A stretch of 47,654 nt of DNA, taken from the NCBI GenBank assembly GCA_049999805.1, contig JBNGIO010006304.1:223041-270694 (forward strand). Reading direction: 5' to 3'. Origin of the DNA: Folioceros fuciformis (Eukaryota). The stretch's first letter is position 1. Every line of letters starts with the position of its first letter. Shown piece after piece: positions 23,832-35,698 of the stretch. Below the pieces are notes generated by a model. That model had not been told where the DNA came from. It made no database searches and was given only the letters and a program-made list of their open reading frames with translations. The position numbers and the translations under genes were made by a program.

Positions 23832-24333
23832 GTGGCAGAAAACGGGGAAAGACTATGCGATGGTGCTAGATACTTATGCCGATCTTCAGTCTTTGTCCAC
23901 ACAGATTTCTTTCCATTCCATCCTGAGGGCTTTATTGGTCAACCAATCTGTCACGATAACTGGGACGAACACAAGTCTTGCGAGTCTTGCTTGCTTGGAT
24001 GTAACAAGTTGCTAGATTACTAGTGTCACGGTCACGACAGTAGACCGTAGACAGTAGACCGTAGGGCAATGGAACATTTTCCATTGCGTTTATTATCTCC
24101 CTGCTCACCACGCTCGGTAGGACAAGAAAATGTCCGCCATAGCTCAAATCGAAACTGATACGGACAAGAAGTATACACATGGATTGTAAGCCATCTGAGG
24201 ACAACACTCTTGTGACGACCGGAGCTTTTCTTTCAAACAGCAAGGCACAGCTTCTCCAAGGATCCGTGTTGTTTACTCGAAATTTGTAATGCCTAGGCTG
24301 AAGTGCTACCAATTATTGTTACAATTTGCAGAC

Positions 24334-25538
24334 CTACAGGCCCTGGATGGTCTGAATCACGGTGTTGTGCCATGGGTCGGCGAGGTGGGCAAACAGGTTG
24401 TCCACAGGGCCTAGTCCAGTCAACTTGTGCTGGACGAGGAAGCCCAAGAAGGTCAACATAGCCAGGCGGCCTGCATACAGTGGCAAGCATAGTCAGAAAA
24501 GAAACAGACGAAAACTCAATATCCAAGCAACACTGCAATTGCACTAGCCGCTAGCTGAAAAACGTGTACCGTTCGCGAGCTCCTTCTCCTTGTTCTCCCT
24601 GGTGACAGGGAAGTTGAGGGGGTTGAAGATACCTCCGGGGTATCCAACATCACCGGGGGGTAACTTGTTGTTGGGGAAGAAAGGGTCCTGGCTGACACTC
24701 CCAGGGTACTTGATATCCTGCCACCTCCGGATTTCGACGTAGTGGAACAGGATGAACTCAATTACGAAGAGGGTGGAGGCAGGCGCGAAGTACTCCGCGG
24801 CACCGGCATCGTACCACACGGGGGTATTCAGGACGCCGGCCTTGGTGAGCAGCTCGGGGATAAGGATTCCCGCCACTCCGAGCATGGCCCATCTCCCGTT
24901 CTGCAGCTCGGCCTGGACATACCAGTTCAGGTTGGCAGGGTCCTCGCCCAGGCCCAAGGGATCGAATCCGTTGTCACCGGGCAGGCTGTAAACCGACATT
25001 ATACCACTCATTATGCCATTTAGCGATCCTCCACTTCTCCACCAAACCCCCCAAACCCAAGCAACACACAAGCCGGTATTACCTGCCGTCAAGGTAGCTG
25101 GGGGCAGTGCTGCCAGGCAGCCACAGCGGCCTCTCCGCGGCAGCGGCCCGCACGGCAAGGGATCCTGCAGATGATGCAGACACAGCGGCCTTGGTCTGAC
25201 GCAGAGCCCGGCCGGACAGGAAGGAGGCCTTCACAGCGCCCACATTCTGTCCGCTCTTCTGCGCACTGCCACATTACCGGAAAACAAGCTCCCAGTTAGC
25301 CCAAGCTGTTGTCCTACACCGCTCCCGCTCGTCACGAATTCGCAGCGGGCGACCAACTCACACATCACAACATCATCACAGTCTCCCATTCCTGCATTCG
25401 TCCATTCAACTCATGCAGTCACAGCCTGGCAGAGGAGGAGCTGGAGGCCGCAGGGCTAGCCCGAGCCGAGCCGAACCTGGGGGACGGTGCGGCGGCGACG
25501 GAGGCGATGCTGGAAGAGGCGGAGACGGCGGTCGCCAT
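24334..25538 (-). CDS. LHCA4: Photosystem I light-harvesting chlorophyll a/b protein Lhca4
   Basis: Exons (minus strand) 25538-25477, 25265-25083, 24985-24570 and 24470-24334. Transit peptide ...[10 protein letters not shown]...SLAVRA, then [38 protein letters not shown] (Asn ligand typical of Lhca3/4), [51 protein letters not shown]. Confidence 0.92.
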
Positions 25539-28537
25539 GGCTGCTGTGCTCCTGGCTCCGGTGCGTGGGATCCTGGTGGTGGGAAGCAGGCTAATGGAAA
25601 CGCAGTGCGACACAGGCTTTCCTGTGGAGGGACAAACGCAGTGCTGGCGTAGGAGAAGGAGGTCTCCAATGGCAGCGGATAGGATGGGCGGCCGCCCTGA
25701 TTGGCCCACTTTCGGCTGAGCTGCCGCGCCATTGGGCACGGCAATCCGGCGGACCTACTCGCTCCGTGGATTCTGTCTCCCATCCACGGCCGCCTCTCCT
25801 CCGGCAACCTAACCCCCTTTATCTCGTCAAAACCGCTGGCTAACGCTCGGATTTCTTTCCGCACCCGCGCATACTATATACCCATGCTAAAAAAACTAAC
25901 GGCCACCAAATATGTGGACAGTTGTTCGTGCATCACAATTCTTCACAAACTTGACGATTTTTTCTCACAAAGAATCTCTCAAACGTTTCTTTTAGCATAT
26001 GTACTGTTGTTAATAACAAGAATGTTATTTATGTACAATAATACTGAAAATTTACCAAGAGAAAGATAAAATTACATCATTGTAAAAATATTAAAAGCGG
26101 AGTATATATTTGTTGTTTACATCACCTTTTCCTGGGCGTGGTCGATACTGTTGACAACAGTACCTGATGAGCGAACTGTCTGCTGCCGTCACACAGTGCT
26201 TCCTACATTAACGAGCTTCTGCAGGAAAACAACGTACGCTTCAGTCAACCATCTTGTGGGAAACGAAAATGCAGCAGAAGTTCGGACCTGGCCAAATCAC
26301 ACGGCAGGTAATGCACGAATGCGCAAAGGCACAACTCTGGGAGGCATGCATACATGTGTAAATCGAGAGTTAACGCTGTTTCTGTGAACTGTAACAATGG
26401 CACCTGCAATCGACTTCCAAGCTACAGGCATGCGTCCAAGCTGCATGGAGAGGGGAAGGAAGTACCTGGCAGTCAGGCTGTTACTGTCAACTTCGACTTG
26501 CCATTGGGCTCTTGGTCGCGTCGTACAGGTTGTGCGATGCAAATGCAAGAGAACCAGGATCAACCTGAGTACGTATACGCAGCATGAGCGGAGGCATAGA
26601 TTTAGTAGAAGACCTGTACTGTCAACCTAAGGCTTAATGTTTGCAAAGCAGATCCGTAAGCACCTTCGGGGTGAGCTGCCAGTCTGAGCCTCAAGTAAGC
26701 TCTTGCAGCAGGGGGCGGAACAAAGCGTTAGGCATTTGTCGACCAGGCTTACATGCAAGAATCGAACAAGAGGATTAGCTGAGTGCAATCGTTGAAATGC
26801 TTCAATGGCCTCACCCTGGTTTTTCATGAGCATGTCCGGGCCACTGATGAACCTGTAATTAACACCTTGTTTCTTGAGTTCAGTCTTCAACCACGCGACT
26901 GTTTGCATGGACTAGTTGAAGACTAGAACCTGGCCATGAAACGCATGGTTACCTGCCTAGGTACTAGGTCAACCTATATTGCCCGTCCACGTTGGCTGCA
27001 CTTTCATTTTCCTGACAACCTGCCTGCTAAATCAATGATATTGACGAAGATTACCAGATCGCCTCCTCCCACACTTTCAGCAGTATTCGCATCCCCATCC
27101 AGAGTGAGCAATAATGTGGACAAGAGAGATGGTCAAATAAGAGAAGACAAGATCACCCCTTTGCATCATCTGGGATACGATACCGTGCCCATCCTACCCG
27201 TAAAAAGTACCCAACAGAGAGTAATCATAGGTTTTGATCCTTAAGGGATACCGTCCAGGCTGCTGCCTCCAAAACTTGCGCTCGGGATAACCTTTCTGTG
27301 GCGTTTGTGGTTCCGGATGGACCAGACTATCGTAGCTTGCTGCTGTGAGTAAAAGGTAGCCCGCCCAAGTTTTAACTACAATATTGTTGAATAATTGTGC
27401 CCATTTTTCCCATCCTTGGATCTCAGATTCCTGAGGATAACATAGGTATAGATAGCAAGCTGAGCAATAATGCTAATACAAACAAATGTAGATCTAGCTC
27501 TCCGGGACCGAGATGTAGGCTGCATGGTTGATGAAATAAGCGGTGGGACCTACAAAACTTGAGAGGTAGGTCATATTGTGGACCACACATGGGCGGTGGT
27601 AATAATGGGGGAACCAATGCACGAAGAATGCCGCCAAGATTCACTTCCCGTAGCGCCCGGTCCAGGCAATCGAGGCGTACATTTGCACGGGCTGCTCTGC
27701 GATTGGACACCCGACAGGCCCAAAAGATCACCGTGCTGCCCCCCTTCCTATTGGGAAGAACTCTTCCAGCTTGTTGCTGCCTTCCAGAACTGTGGGCCGT
27801 GTCTGGTTGGCACAAACAGCCAGGGTGAGCTAGTGCGGAGCTGGAGATAACGTCTCAGCTGCATACGCACAGGTAAATACTCGCAAAGCATTCAAATAGC
27901 ACTAGCAGACAGAATGGATGAAGAAACTGACTGCTCCATGGTTGTCGCTGATGATAATCACTCCGCTGATGGATCGCTGAGCCCTTGAGGTCATTGAAAG
28001 GCCTGCAGTCTGCTCAGGTCATGTGCATCCACGCACCAAATTGACAAGCTACTGACTGATCACCTGAAAAGAAAACAAGCAAGCTGCATATTTGAGACAC
28101 CAAATAGAAGAAGCTCGCCTTCGGCAGAGACACGCGCTGTTCTTGCATCGTCCGTCTCCAGCTCCTTGCCGCCGCGCGCCCCTACCCTCTACATCAACGT
28201 TGTTCATGACTGTGAAGCTACCCCGTTGCCCGACGATCGAGAGTCAGCTCAGGACCGCGTACCAAATCGATTTCTATCGCGTAGCACAATCCTGATCAAG
28301 GCTGGGTGGATGCAGGGGCCGGGGTTTATGGCAGTAACCACCAACAGGGGTAGAGGGGAATGGGTTATCGGTCGGAATGAAATGATAGAAATCAGGACTC
28401 GGAAACGGAACGCCTTGGTGCGCCTAAACCAGATGTAACTGTCCAGCTATGGGAGGTCATCGTTTGACTCAGCTCGTATTGGGGCAGGCTGAAGTACCCG
28501 CAGGGGACAGGAGTCTTGAATTAAACGATCCTAAGTG

Positions 28538-28664
28538 GCCGGACCAGAGTTTTGACAAAGGTACAAGACATTTGTACGTTCATAGCACATCGTTGCCGGC
28601 CCGACCGGAGTTTTGACAAGAGCACTGTACTAGACATTTGTACGTTCATAGAGAATCGTTGCCG
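28538..28664. repeat. Imperfect ~62-bp tandem duplication
   Basis: GACC.GAGTTTTGACAA...GTAC.AGACATTTGTACGTTCATAG...ATCGTTGCCG occurs twice in tandem. Confidence 0.8.
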
Positions 28665-30511
28665 TGATCTCGTTCCAAGGATGTAGGCAGCTATAGGCAT
28701 GACGATCAATCCCCAAAGTTCATGAAATTAATGACTATTATAAACATGCAGGCTGCGACCGCCACGCCACGCCACGCCTCCTTGCAGAGCATCTCCAGGA
28801 CGACGATAAGAAGTACTAGTATTGTACTTCAAGCATACAGTATACAAGTTCAGAATTAATCGTGATCCCGATCCTAGATATCTGATCTGCCTGCGGATCG
28901 GCGCTCAACTCTGGCCTTCCAATGTGTACTAAACGAGCACCCTATCACCCGCATCCTCTTGGCAGAAAAGACAAGCTTCCTCTTCCATCGCTTCCAAGTT
29001 TCTCCTCATCGCGTCCAAGTTCCTCCTCATCGGAGGACTGTATCAATCGACAACTTGGGGATGGAATTTCTCTTAGACTTGGTACTTTATACCATAAAGT
29101 CCCAAGCTACTCAGTACACCACCGAGCATATCCACTCTCTCCAGGCGGAATTGCAGAATGCTTAATTAACCCCACGCTCATATGCATGCCCGTCGACAAG
29201 CCTAGAGCGAACTTGCAGACGTACACTTGGTAGTCTAGGTCCCTACAGGCCGCAATGCTGAAAGCTTTGTTATGAATAAGTTGTTAGAATCATGAGAGAC
29301 CACGGTTAACTTTCAGCTTATAAATTTAGCATATGCGACAATGTTCCAACGATGGCCATGCGATGCAGAAATACGAGCCCAGCACAGAAGAACACCAAAG
29401 CAGACTCGGACAGCACTTGCCACCTAAGTTTCATTCTAGTAACGCTGATCAACGCTATTGTTCCGATGGCGCTCTGAAAATTTGGGAGCTGCACAATCTG
29501 CTTTGGACATTACACGCAGTTCCTGCACAGATCATAACGTTGCAGTTGTTTGTTGCACATGCTCATAACGCACAAGGATCTGCGGCTACTGGTCAGTTGC
29601 AGCTCCGTCTACTTGTAGCGCCTTCGTAAACTATTGGGAAAGGAGAGCTAGCGTCGTAGAAGTTGCATATGTCAGATGGATACCATGCCGGCAAGAGTCG
29701 CACTGTGGTGGCCAGGTGGTGAGCACCTGAAAGAACGTTCTTCTAAAAATCTAGATCTCTCTAGCCTTACAGGATCCGGACTGATTGGATATGGTTCCTG
29801 GAACTTCCTTGATCGAGGCTGGATTCGTCAGCACAATATGAGCTATTTCATCCTCTGGAAAGGGAGCGTGCTCTGCTTGCGAGCCATGCGCACTGTCTCG
29901 AGGGCTCAAGGCGTACTTCGAAGGTGAGTAGCGCGAAGGAGATGAGGTAGAGAACGTGGACGGCCGCATCCCAAACTCAGCCACTGCCGGTGGAGAAGGA
30001 AAAGTCGATGTTTCCCAATTCCAGAGGAGGACGATGCTTCGAGGTGGTGGCCGGGCGGGTGACGATGACCACGGCGGCGCGCGCTATCTCCAGGTCGTGG
30101 AAAGAGGAATATGAGGTATGTGGGCAGCGGATAGCGGTGAGGGTAGCTGGTAGTGCAGTTAGGGTTAGGGCCGGGTCCCACGCGCAAAGCTAGCATTAAG
30201 GGCATCCGGCAATAGCATTAAGGACGTCAGGCTGGCGGTGGCAAACAGAGATGAAGGTGACACTTTTTCACACCAGGTGGCCAGGCGGTTGCAAATTGTA
30301 TTCGATTCGCCTCGCTTAGCTTTGCTTTGGTTTGCTTTTCTTGTTTCGTTTTGCTTTGCTGAGCTTGAGGGGAGTTGTTTGGCTGGGGTTGCGAGAAGAA
30401 GCAAAAGTTTGTTGTGCCTGCCTGCGGCTCTGCTATGGTGCTGCCGTCAAAGTGAAAGTGAGCCCATGCGAAGTTGCATGGAGGTGGGGTGACCGCTGGT
30501 GTGGTGTGTCT

Positions 30512-31957
30512 ATGTATGTACGGCAGGTAGACGGGGCAAACGGGGCAGACACAGAAGTGTCGTGGCCAGATAACCAGGTGAGCAATCCAGCGTCAGCGGT
30601 TTCAGAGGAGGAGAGTGAAAGGAAAAAGGTGGGATCCCCTTGCAAACTTGCTGCAAAGCTTATGTGCTAGAGCTTCCGATGAATTCTTCCTCCAGCAAGC
30701 TTGCAAGCAAGGAATGCCCTGGTCGGTGGTCACCTTCCGTTTGCTGCTGTTCTGAAGGTTTTTGAAAACTTGAAGAAACTGCTGGTGCGTGCCACACTGG
30801 AGGCTGAAACTGCATCCTCTGCAGTCACCAGATCCTTGGGGCAGCGATATGAAGCCCGGGTGAGGCATTTGGAGGAGCTGCTCAGGACGGTCCAGCGGGA
30901 TCGCGATGAAGCCAGAGAGGAGTGCTTGCTGCTGCGGAAGAAGCTGGCCATCGCCACCAGCGCCACTTCCAGTGCTATAGCAGGCGTCGTGGCTGGCCCC
31001 GGGCACAACGTCTGCGTGGATGACCAGCAGCAGCCGCCACAGCCACAGTCACTTTCACAATCACAACGGCGACAGCGCTCGCCACCACAACCACAGCCAC
31101 AACAGCAGCAGCAACCGCAGGCTCAGGTTCAGGCCCAGGCCCAAGCTCAGCAGCCGACACCGCTGATGAGTATCCATCCCAGAAGCAACCTCTCAGGGCG
31201 CAGGACGCGCAGCTTAGAACGAAGTTCCTCCTCGCTGCAGCTGGAGATCCACTGCAAGAAGCTGTCGGACTTGCGGCAACAGAGTCTGCAGCAGCAGAGC
31301 AAGGACTTGGACCGCCACAGTGGCGACATGGAAATCATTCCCTCTCCGGATGCTCAGTCCTCGTTAACCTCTTCTCTGCATGTAGACGTGGGTAACACTT
31401 TAGAGGACCAGCATTCCTTGATATCGCAGCAGGGAATCCCGGGTGCCAGTTGCTGGGATGTGCCGCGAATGAAGATGCAGCAGCAGCAACTGCAGCAACT
31501 GGAGCCGTCCGATCCGCACCTCCGAGTGCACTCCAGCTACGACTCCAGTCCCACCTTCCCGGTTCCAGCATTTAGCTCCTCTGCCGTTCCTCCTCACAGC
31601 GGCGGGGACATCTTGGGAGTGTCGGGACTGCCTGGACCAGGTTTCGTGGAGACGGCATCCTGCTCTTCGCTCGTGCGGCAGCGGCCTGTCCACCTTCCGG
31701 AGCCTCCGGAGTCGGACATGCAAGTGATGCTCAATTCTCTGCCAGAGAGGGGAAAACTGCTTCAGGCTGTGATGCAGGCGGGCCCTCTGCTGCAGACACT
31801 TATGCTAGCCGGCCCATTGCCACAGTGGCGGCATCCCCCGCCCGCTGTCGCGCCTGTGGAGATTCCGAAGGTACCGGTGGCCGTGCCCTCGGGCATAGAG
31901 CAGTCCAAAGGTACTGCTTCTTTAAGCAAGTCCACCAGCTTTGGCAAATCTGTATAG
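30512..31957 (+). CDS. DUF1635-family plant protein (coiled coil, Q/P-rich linker, conserved C-terminal motif)
   Basis: Predicted exon 30512-30577 (MYVRQ...VSWPDNQ, donor CAG|GTGAGC) joins in phase to 30758-31957. Motifs: ENLKKLLVRATLEAE, ELLRTVQRDRDEAREEC and LPERGKLLQAVMQAGPLLQTLMLAGPLPQWRHPPP. The first exon is less certain. Confidence 0.8.
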
Positions 31958-33033
31958 CGTGGTGAGCGAGCTCATGAAATGTTTTCAGCCTTGTATTCTC
32001 GGGATTCAACTCTTGAAACTGGTGCAGTTACAACTGAACAGAAGGCTTGCAACTTTGCAGGTGTTTTTGGGACCGTGCCTTTTTCGCTCACTGTGTACAT
32101 CGTGTTTCCACAAGTGTACAGACCATCTGGACCTCTCTGTAGCTGCTTCAAATGTCCCGGCATTATTCTTTTGCGAATAAAGGTTGAATTTATCAAGAGT
32201 TGGAACTGCTCTTTCCTGCCTGCAGGCATGTGGGAATCTTTGTGAAGAGTTTGGCCACTTCTGGAAGATGGCTCATCTGCAGAACTGTATGCCCCGCATG
32301 CGCCAGCTGACGAGAGCGGTGCATTAATAGTTCGGTTTTGGTGTAGTCTAGATGTGTATCTTCTTCAAGTGTAAGTTCAGAACTTCAGACACAGTCACAC
32401 ACAAATAACGCAGGACAAGACCGATGCATTTATAGCTCTGTTTGGATCTGTTCTGGACGTGTACATGTACTTCGCATGTGTGTGAACTTCAGACAATCAC
32501 ACTGTGCATACTATTGATCGTCTTTTCATAGGGACACACGAGTTCGCTCCGTTAGTTAGAGAAGCGTAAGGCCCGCCCGGAAATACTGACAAGGGCGATG
32601 CATTAGTAGGTGGGCTCAGTCCAATCTAAAGCAGGAAACAAGTGCAACTTGGAGAAGTCTAGACACACAGTCGTGAGGAGATAAATGAGAGAACAATCCG
32701 GAACGGAAGTCACACTTGGCCCCAGGAGAGGATGAATAGAGTTGCTCACTGGACAAGACCATAATAGAAAGCCGCTTCCAGGGTCCGACAAGCGTGGGCA
32801 CCTCTGACTCTTCGCTCGAGAGTAAAGCCGGGGGCGGACGTGGAGCAGCAACTGCAAGGGGGAGTGCTACTGCAGATTCTACAGATTCTCCGAGGAGATG
32901 TGGCCCAAACCAGCTTGCAGGTCTGCACTGCTACTCGTACTCCCGCCTTCCGGTTCTCACGACGGTCCTTTCGTCCCCTCGTGCTCTTATCCTCGGCGTG
33001 GCACGTTGCATTGCACCTGCAGAGCTCGCAATA

Positions 33034-35217
33034 ATGGCGGGCTACACCAACATGGTGTGGCGGCCAATCATGGAGGCTACGGTGTTCAGGTTCGACATCT
33101 CGGAGGCGGCCAGGAGCCAAGCGCCTGCATCCTTTTCCTTCTCGGATCCCGCCGTGAGAGAGCAGGCTCTAAGCTACGTGGACGCTAAGAGCTCCGTCCC
33201 TTCCTACGTGCCTCAATTCAGGCTGCAATGCATGGGATTACAGACCGTGAAATTGCAACTGCCTCCGGGAAGCAACCTCTACGGCACCGGGCTGGTGACG
33301 AGATCGCTGGAGCGATCCGGGCACAGGGTTGTGGGATGGAACACGGATGCCTGGGGCTACACCCCGCTCACCCATGCACTGTACCAGTCACACCCATGGG
33401 TGCTGGCCGTCCTCCCGGACGGGGATGTGCTGGGGGTGCTTGCAGACACCAACCTCAAGGTCGAGATCGACCTTCGCAACAACGAGCTCATCCGCTTCCG
33501 AGCCTTGAACCCCTACCCGGTCATTACCTTCGGACCCTTCCCGTACCCGGAGGTACTCATGGCAGTGCTCTCCAGAGCAATCGGCACCCCAGCGATGCCT
33601 CCTAAATGGGCTCTGGGCTACCAGCAGTGCAGATGGAGCTACAAATCGTCGGACAGAGTTCTGGAGATCGCCAGCGCCTTTCGTGACAGGAAGATACCCT
33701 GCGACGTCGTCTGGATCGATATCGACTACATGGACGAACTGCGTACCTTCACTGTCAACCGAACTGCTTTCCCGGACCCGGTGTCCCTCTCCGCCGCCCT
33801 CCACAGCCGCGGATTCCGCACCGTCTGGACCGTCGACCCGGGGGTGAAGAAGGAGCCTGGCTACTCCGTCTGGGAAACTGGGGAGGCGGGGGACTGTTGG
33901 ATCGTGGACCAGGAGTCCATGAAACCGTTCCAGGCCATAGTCTGGCCGGGGATGTGCGTGTGGCCGGACTTCACCCGCAGCGGCGTGCGGTCCTGGTGGG
34001 CCAAGCAAATCGAATCATTTGCCGCCGCCAACGTGGTGGACGGGATCTGCGCGGACATGGGCGAGCCCGCGCTGTTCTACGACATGGTTAGGACCATGCC
34101 CTCCACCTGCCTGCATAGGGGAGACGCTGGTCTCCGAGGCCACGATTTTTACCACAACGTCTACGGCGGGCTCATCTCCCGGGCCACGCGCCAGGGCATG
34201 CTGCAGGCCCACCCGAAGAGGCGGCCCTTCGTGGTCTCCCGGGCGGGGTTCATCGGGGACCAAGCTCTGTGCTGGACGTGGACTGGGGACAACCAGTCGC
34301 GGTGGGATCACCTGGAGATGGCCATCCCCATGACGCTCAACCTGGCGCTCAGCGGGCAGCCCCTCGCAGGCGCCGATATCGGGGGGTTCCACGGCAACGC
34401 CACGCCTCGTCTGTTCGCAAGGTGGATGGGCATCGGTGCTCTGATGCCGCTCGCCCGAGGCCACTCAGACGCAATTACCAAGAATCACGAGCCGTGGGAG
34501 TTCGGGGAGGAGTGCGAGCGCGTGTGCAGAATGGCGCTGGAGAGGCGGTACCGTCTCATGCCGTATCTGTACACGCTCGCCCACCGCGCGCACAGTACCG
34601 GGATCCCCGTCTGCGCCCCGCTTTTCTTCGCGGATTCCAGGGATCTTCGGCTCCGGAGAGTGGAGGACTCATTCCTGCTGGGACAAATTTTGGTGTCGGC
34701 CAGTGTGGTGTTGGACAAGGCCGCGGATCCCGCCTCCATCCTCCTGCCCAAGGGCGTCTGGACAATTTTCGATTTTCACGATCAGCATCCCGACCTACCT
34801 CTCCTGCACCTCAAGGGCGGCAGCATCGTGCCCACCGGGCCTGTAATCCAGCACGTCGGGGAGGTTAAGGACACGGACACGCTCTGCCTCTTGGTGGCCC
34901 TGGACGAGCACGGCAGGGCGGAGGGCTTCCTGTACGAGGACGACGGAGAGGGCTTTGGGTACCTTCACGGAGACAGCCTACTGACCCGCTACGCAGCACA
35001 GCTTGCACAGGGCGAGGTGACGGTCAGTGTGGCCGACGTGGAAGGGTTGCGGCCCAGACCCGATCGGATGCTTGAGGTGCGGCTACTCCTGGACGATGGT
35101 AAGGTCGTGGAAGTTGAGGGTAAAGATGGATCGCCAATTCGGGTGCGAGTACCTGCTCGAGATGGAGATGGAGTCGAGTATCTGATAAAGCCGTCGATCT
35201 CACTGTCATATACATAG
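33034..35217 (+). CDS. Glycoside hydrolase family 31 alpha-glucosidase, HGL1 (heteroglycan glucosidase)-like, intronless, 727 aa
   Basis: MVWRPIMEATVFRFD, YGTG, WNTDAWGY, LYQSHPWVLAV, MPPKWALGYQQCRWSY, IPCDVVWIDIDYMD, WPGMCVWPDFT, DGICADMGEP (nucleophile region), YHNVYG, RPFVVSRAGFIG, WTGDN, GADIGGFHGN, RGHS, EPWEFGEE, RYRLMPYLYT, GFLYEDDGEG. The start was placed at ATG 33034. Confidence 0.9.
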   Translation: MAGYTNMVWRPIMEATVFRFDISEAARSQAPASFSFSDPAVREQALSYVDAKSSVPSYVPQFRLQCMGLQTVKLQLPPGSNLYGTGLVTRSLERSGHRVVGWNTDAWGYTPLTHALYQSHPWVLAVLPDGDVLGVLADTNLKVEIDLRNNELIRFRALNPYPVITFGPFPYPEVLMAVLSRAIGTPAMPPKWALGYQQCRWSYKSSDRVLEIASAFRDRKIPCDVVWIDIDYMDELRTFTVNRTAFPDPVSLSAALHSRGFRTVWTVDPGVKKEPGYSVWETGEAGDCWIVDQESMKPFQAIVWPGMCVWPDFTRSGVRSWWAKQIESFAAANVVDGICADMGEPALFYDMVRTMPSTCLHRGDAGLRGHDFYHNVYGGLISRATRQGMLQAHPKRRPFVVSRAGFIGDQALCWTWTGDNQSRWDHLEMAIPMTLNLALSGQPLAGADIGGFHGNATPRLFARWMGIGALMPLARGHSDAITKNHEPWEFGEECERVCRMALERRYRLMPYLYTLAHRAHSTGIPVCAPLFFADSRDLRLRRVEDSFLLGQILVSASVVLDKAADPASILLPKGVWTIFDFHDQHPDLPLLHLKGGSIVPTGPVIQHVGEVKDTDTLCLLVALDEHGRAEGFLYEDDGEGFGYLHGDSLLTRYAAQLAQGEVTVSVADVEGLRPRPDRMLEVRLLLDDGKVVEVEGKDGSPIRVRVPARDGDGVEYLIKPSISLSYT

Positions 35218-35698
35218 CGAAGGTGACAGCATCAATGTACACTGCTACCGTCGTTATCAAGGCCTGTTTTAAACGTCTCGCCAGCCACAACAAGGTCGAC
35301 GTGCTGCGAAACTCCACTGCAATCATAATCCTACGACACATTCATATTCCCGAAAAAATTGAATTCCTACACCTGCAAATTCCACTCTGCCTGTCCTGTG
35401 CTGTGCCCATGCCATGAGCCTATCTCGTGGATGATCGTCCTGTCCTCTGCATCAAGAGGGCCATGCCATACAAATACATAGCACAACCTGGTCAGACCTC
35501 AAAGACTTTGAGGACACTCAACGACGCGTTGACAGGCCCGCAGATGGGAATCCTCGACAATCTGCCGAGGAGAAATCTATGACGACACTTAAGGGGAGAC
35601 AGATAACTGTTAGGGCGGTTTCATATGCTACGGTGTCTGGGCTCGTAGAAGTCTGCACTATCCTCGGGAGTCCGGAGACCACCCTCGGCTTGGCCCTC

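Noticed and set aside
30159-30170. TTAGGGTTAGGG as an interstitial telomere
   Set aside because: Only two units, compatible with chance or a telo-box-like motif.
28920-30200. Short ORFs as a gene or retroelement fragment
   Set aside because: No motif could be recognised in any frame.
32794-33033. 80-aa N-terminal extension of the GH31 ORF
   Set aside because: It starts at GTG. Homology begins at ATG 33034, and a TGCAG acceptor just upstream suggests a 5' UTR intron.
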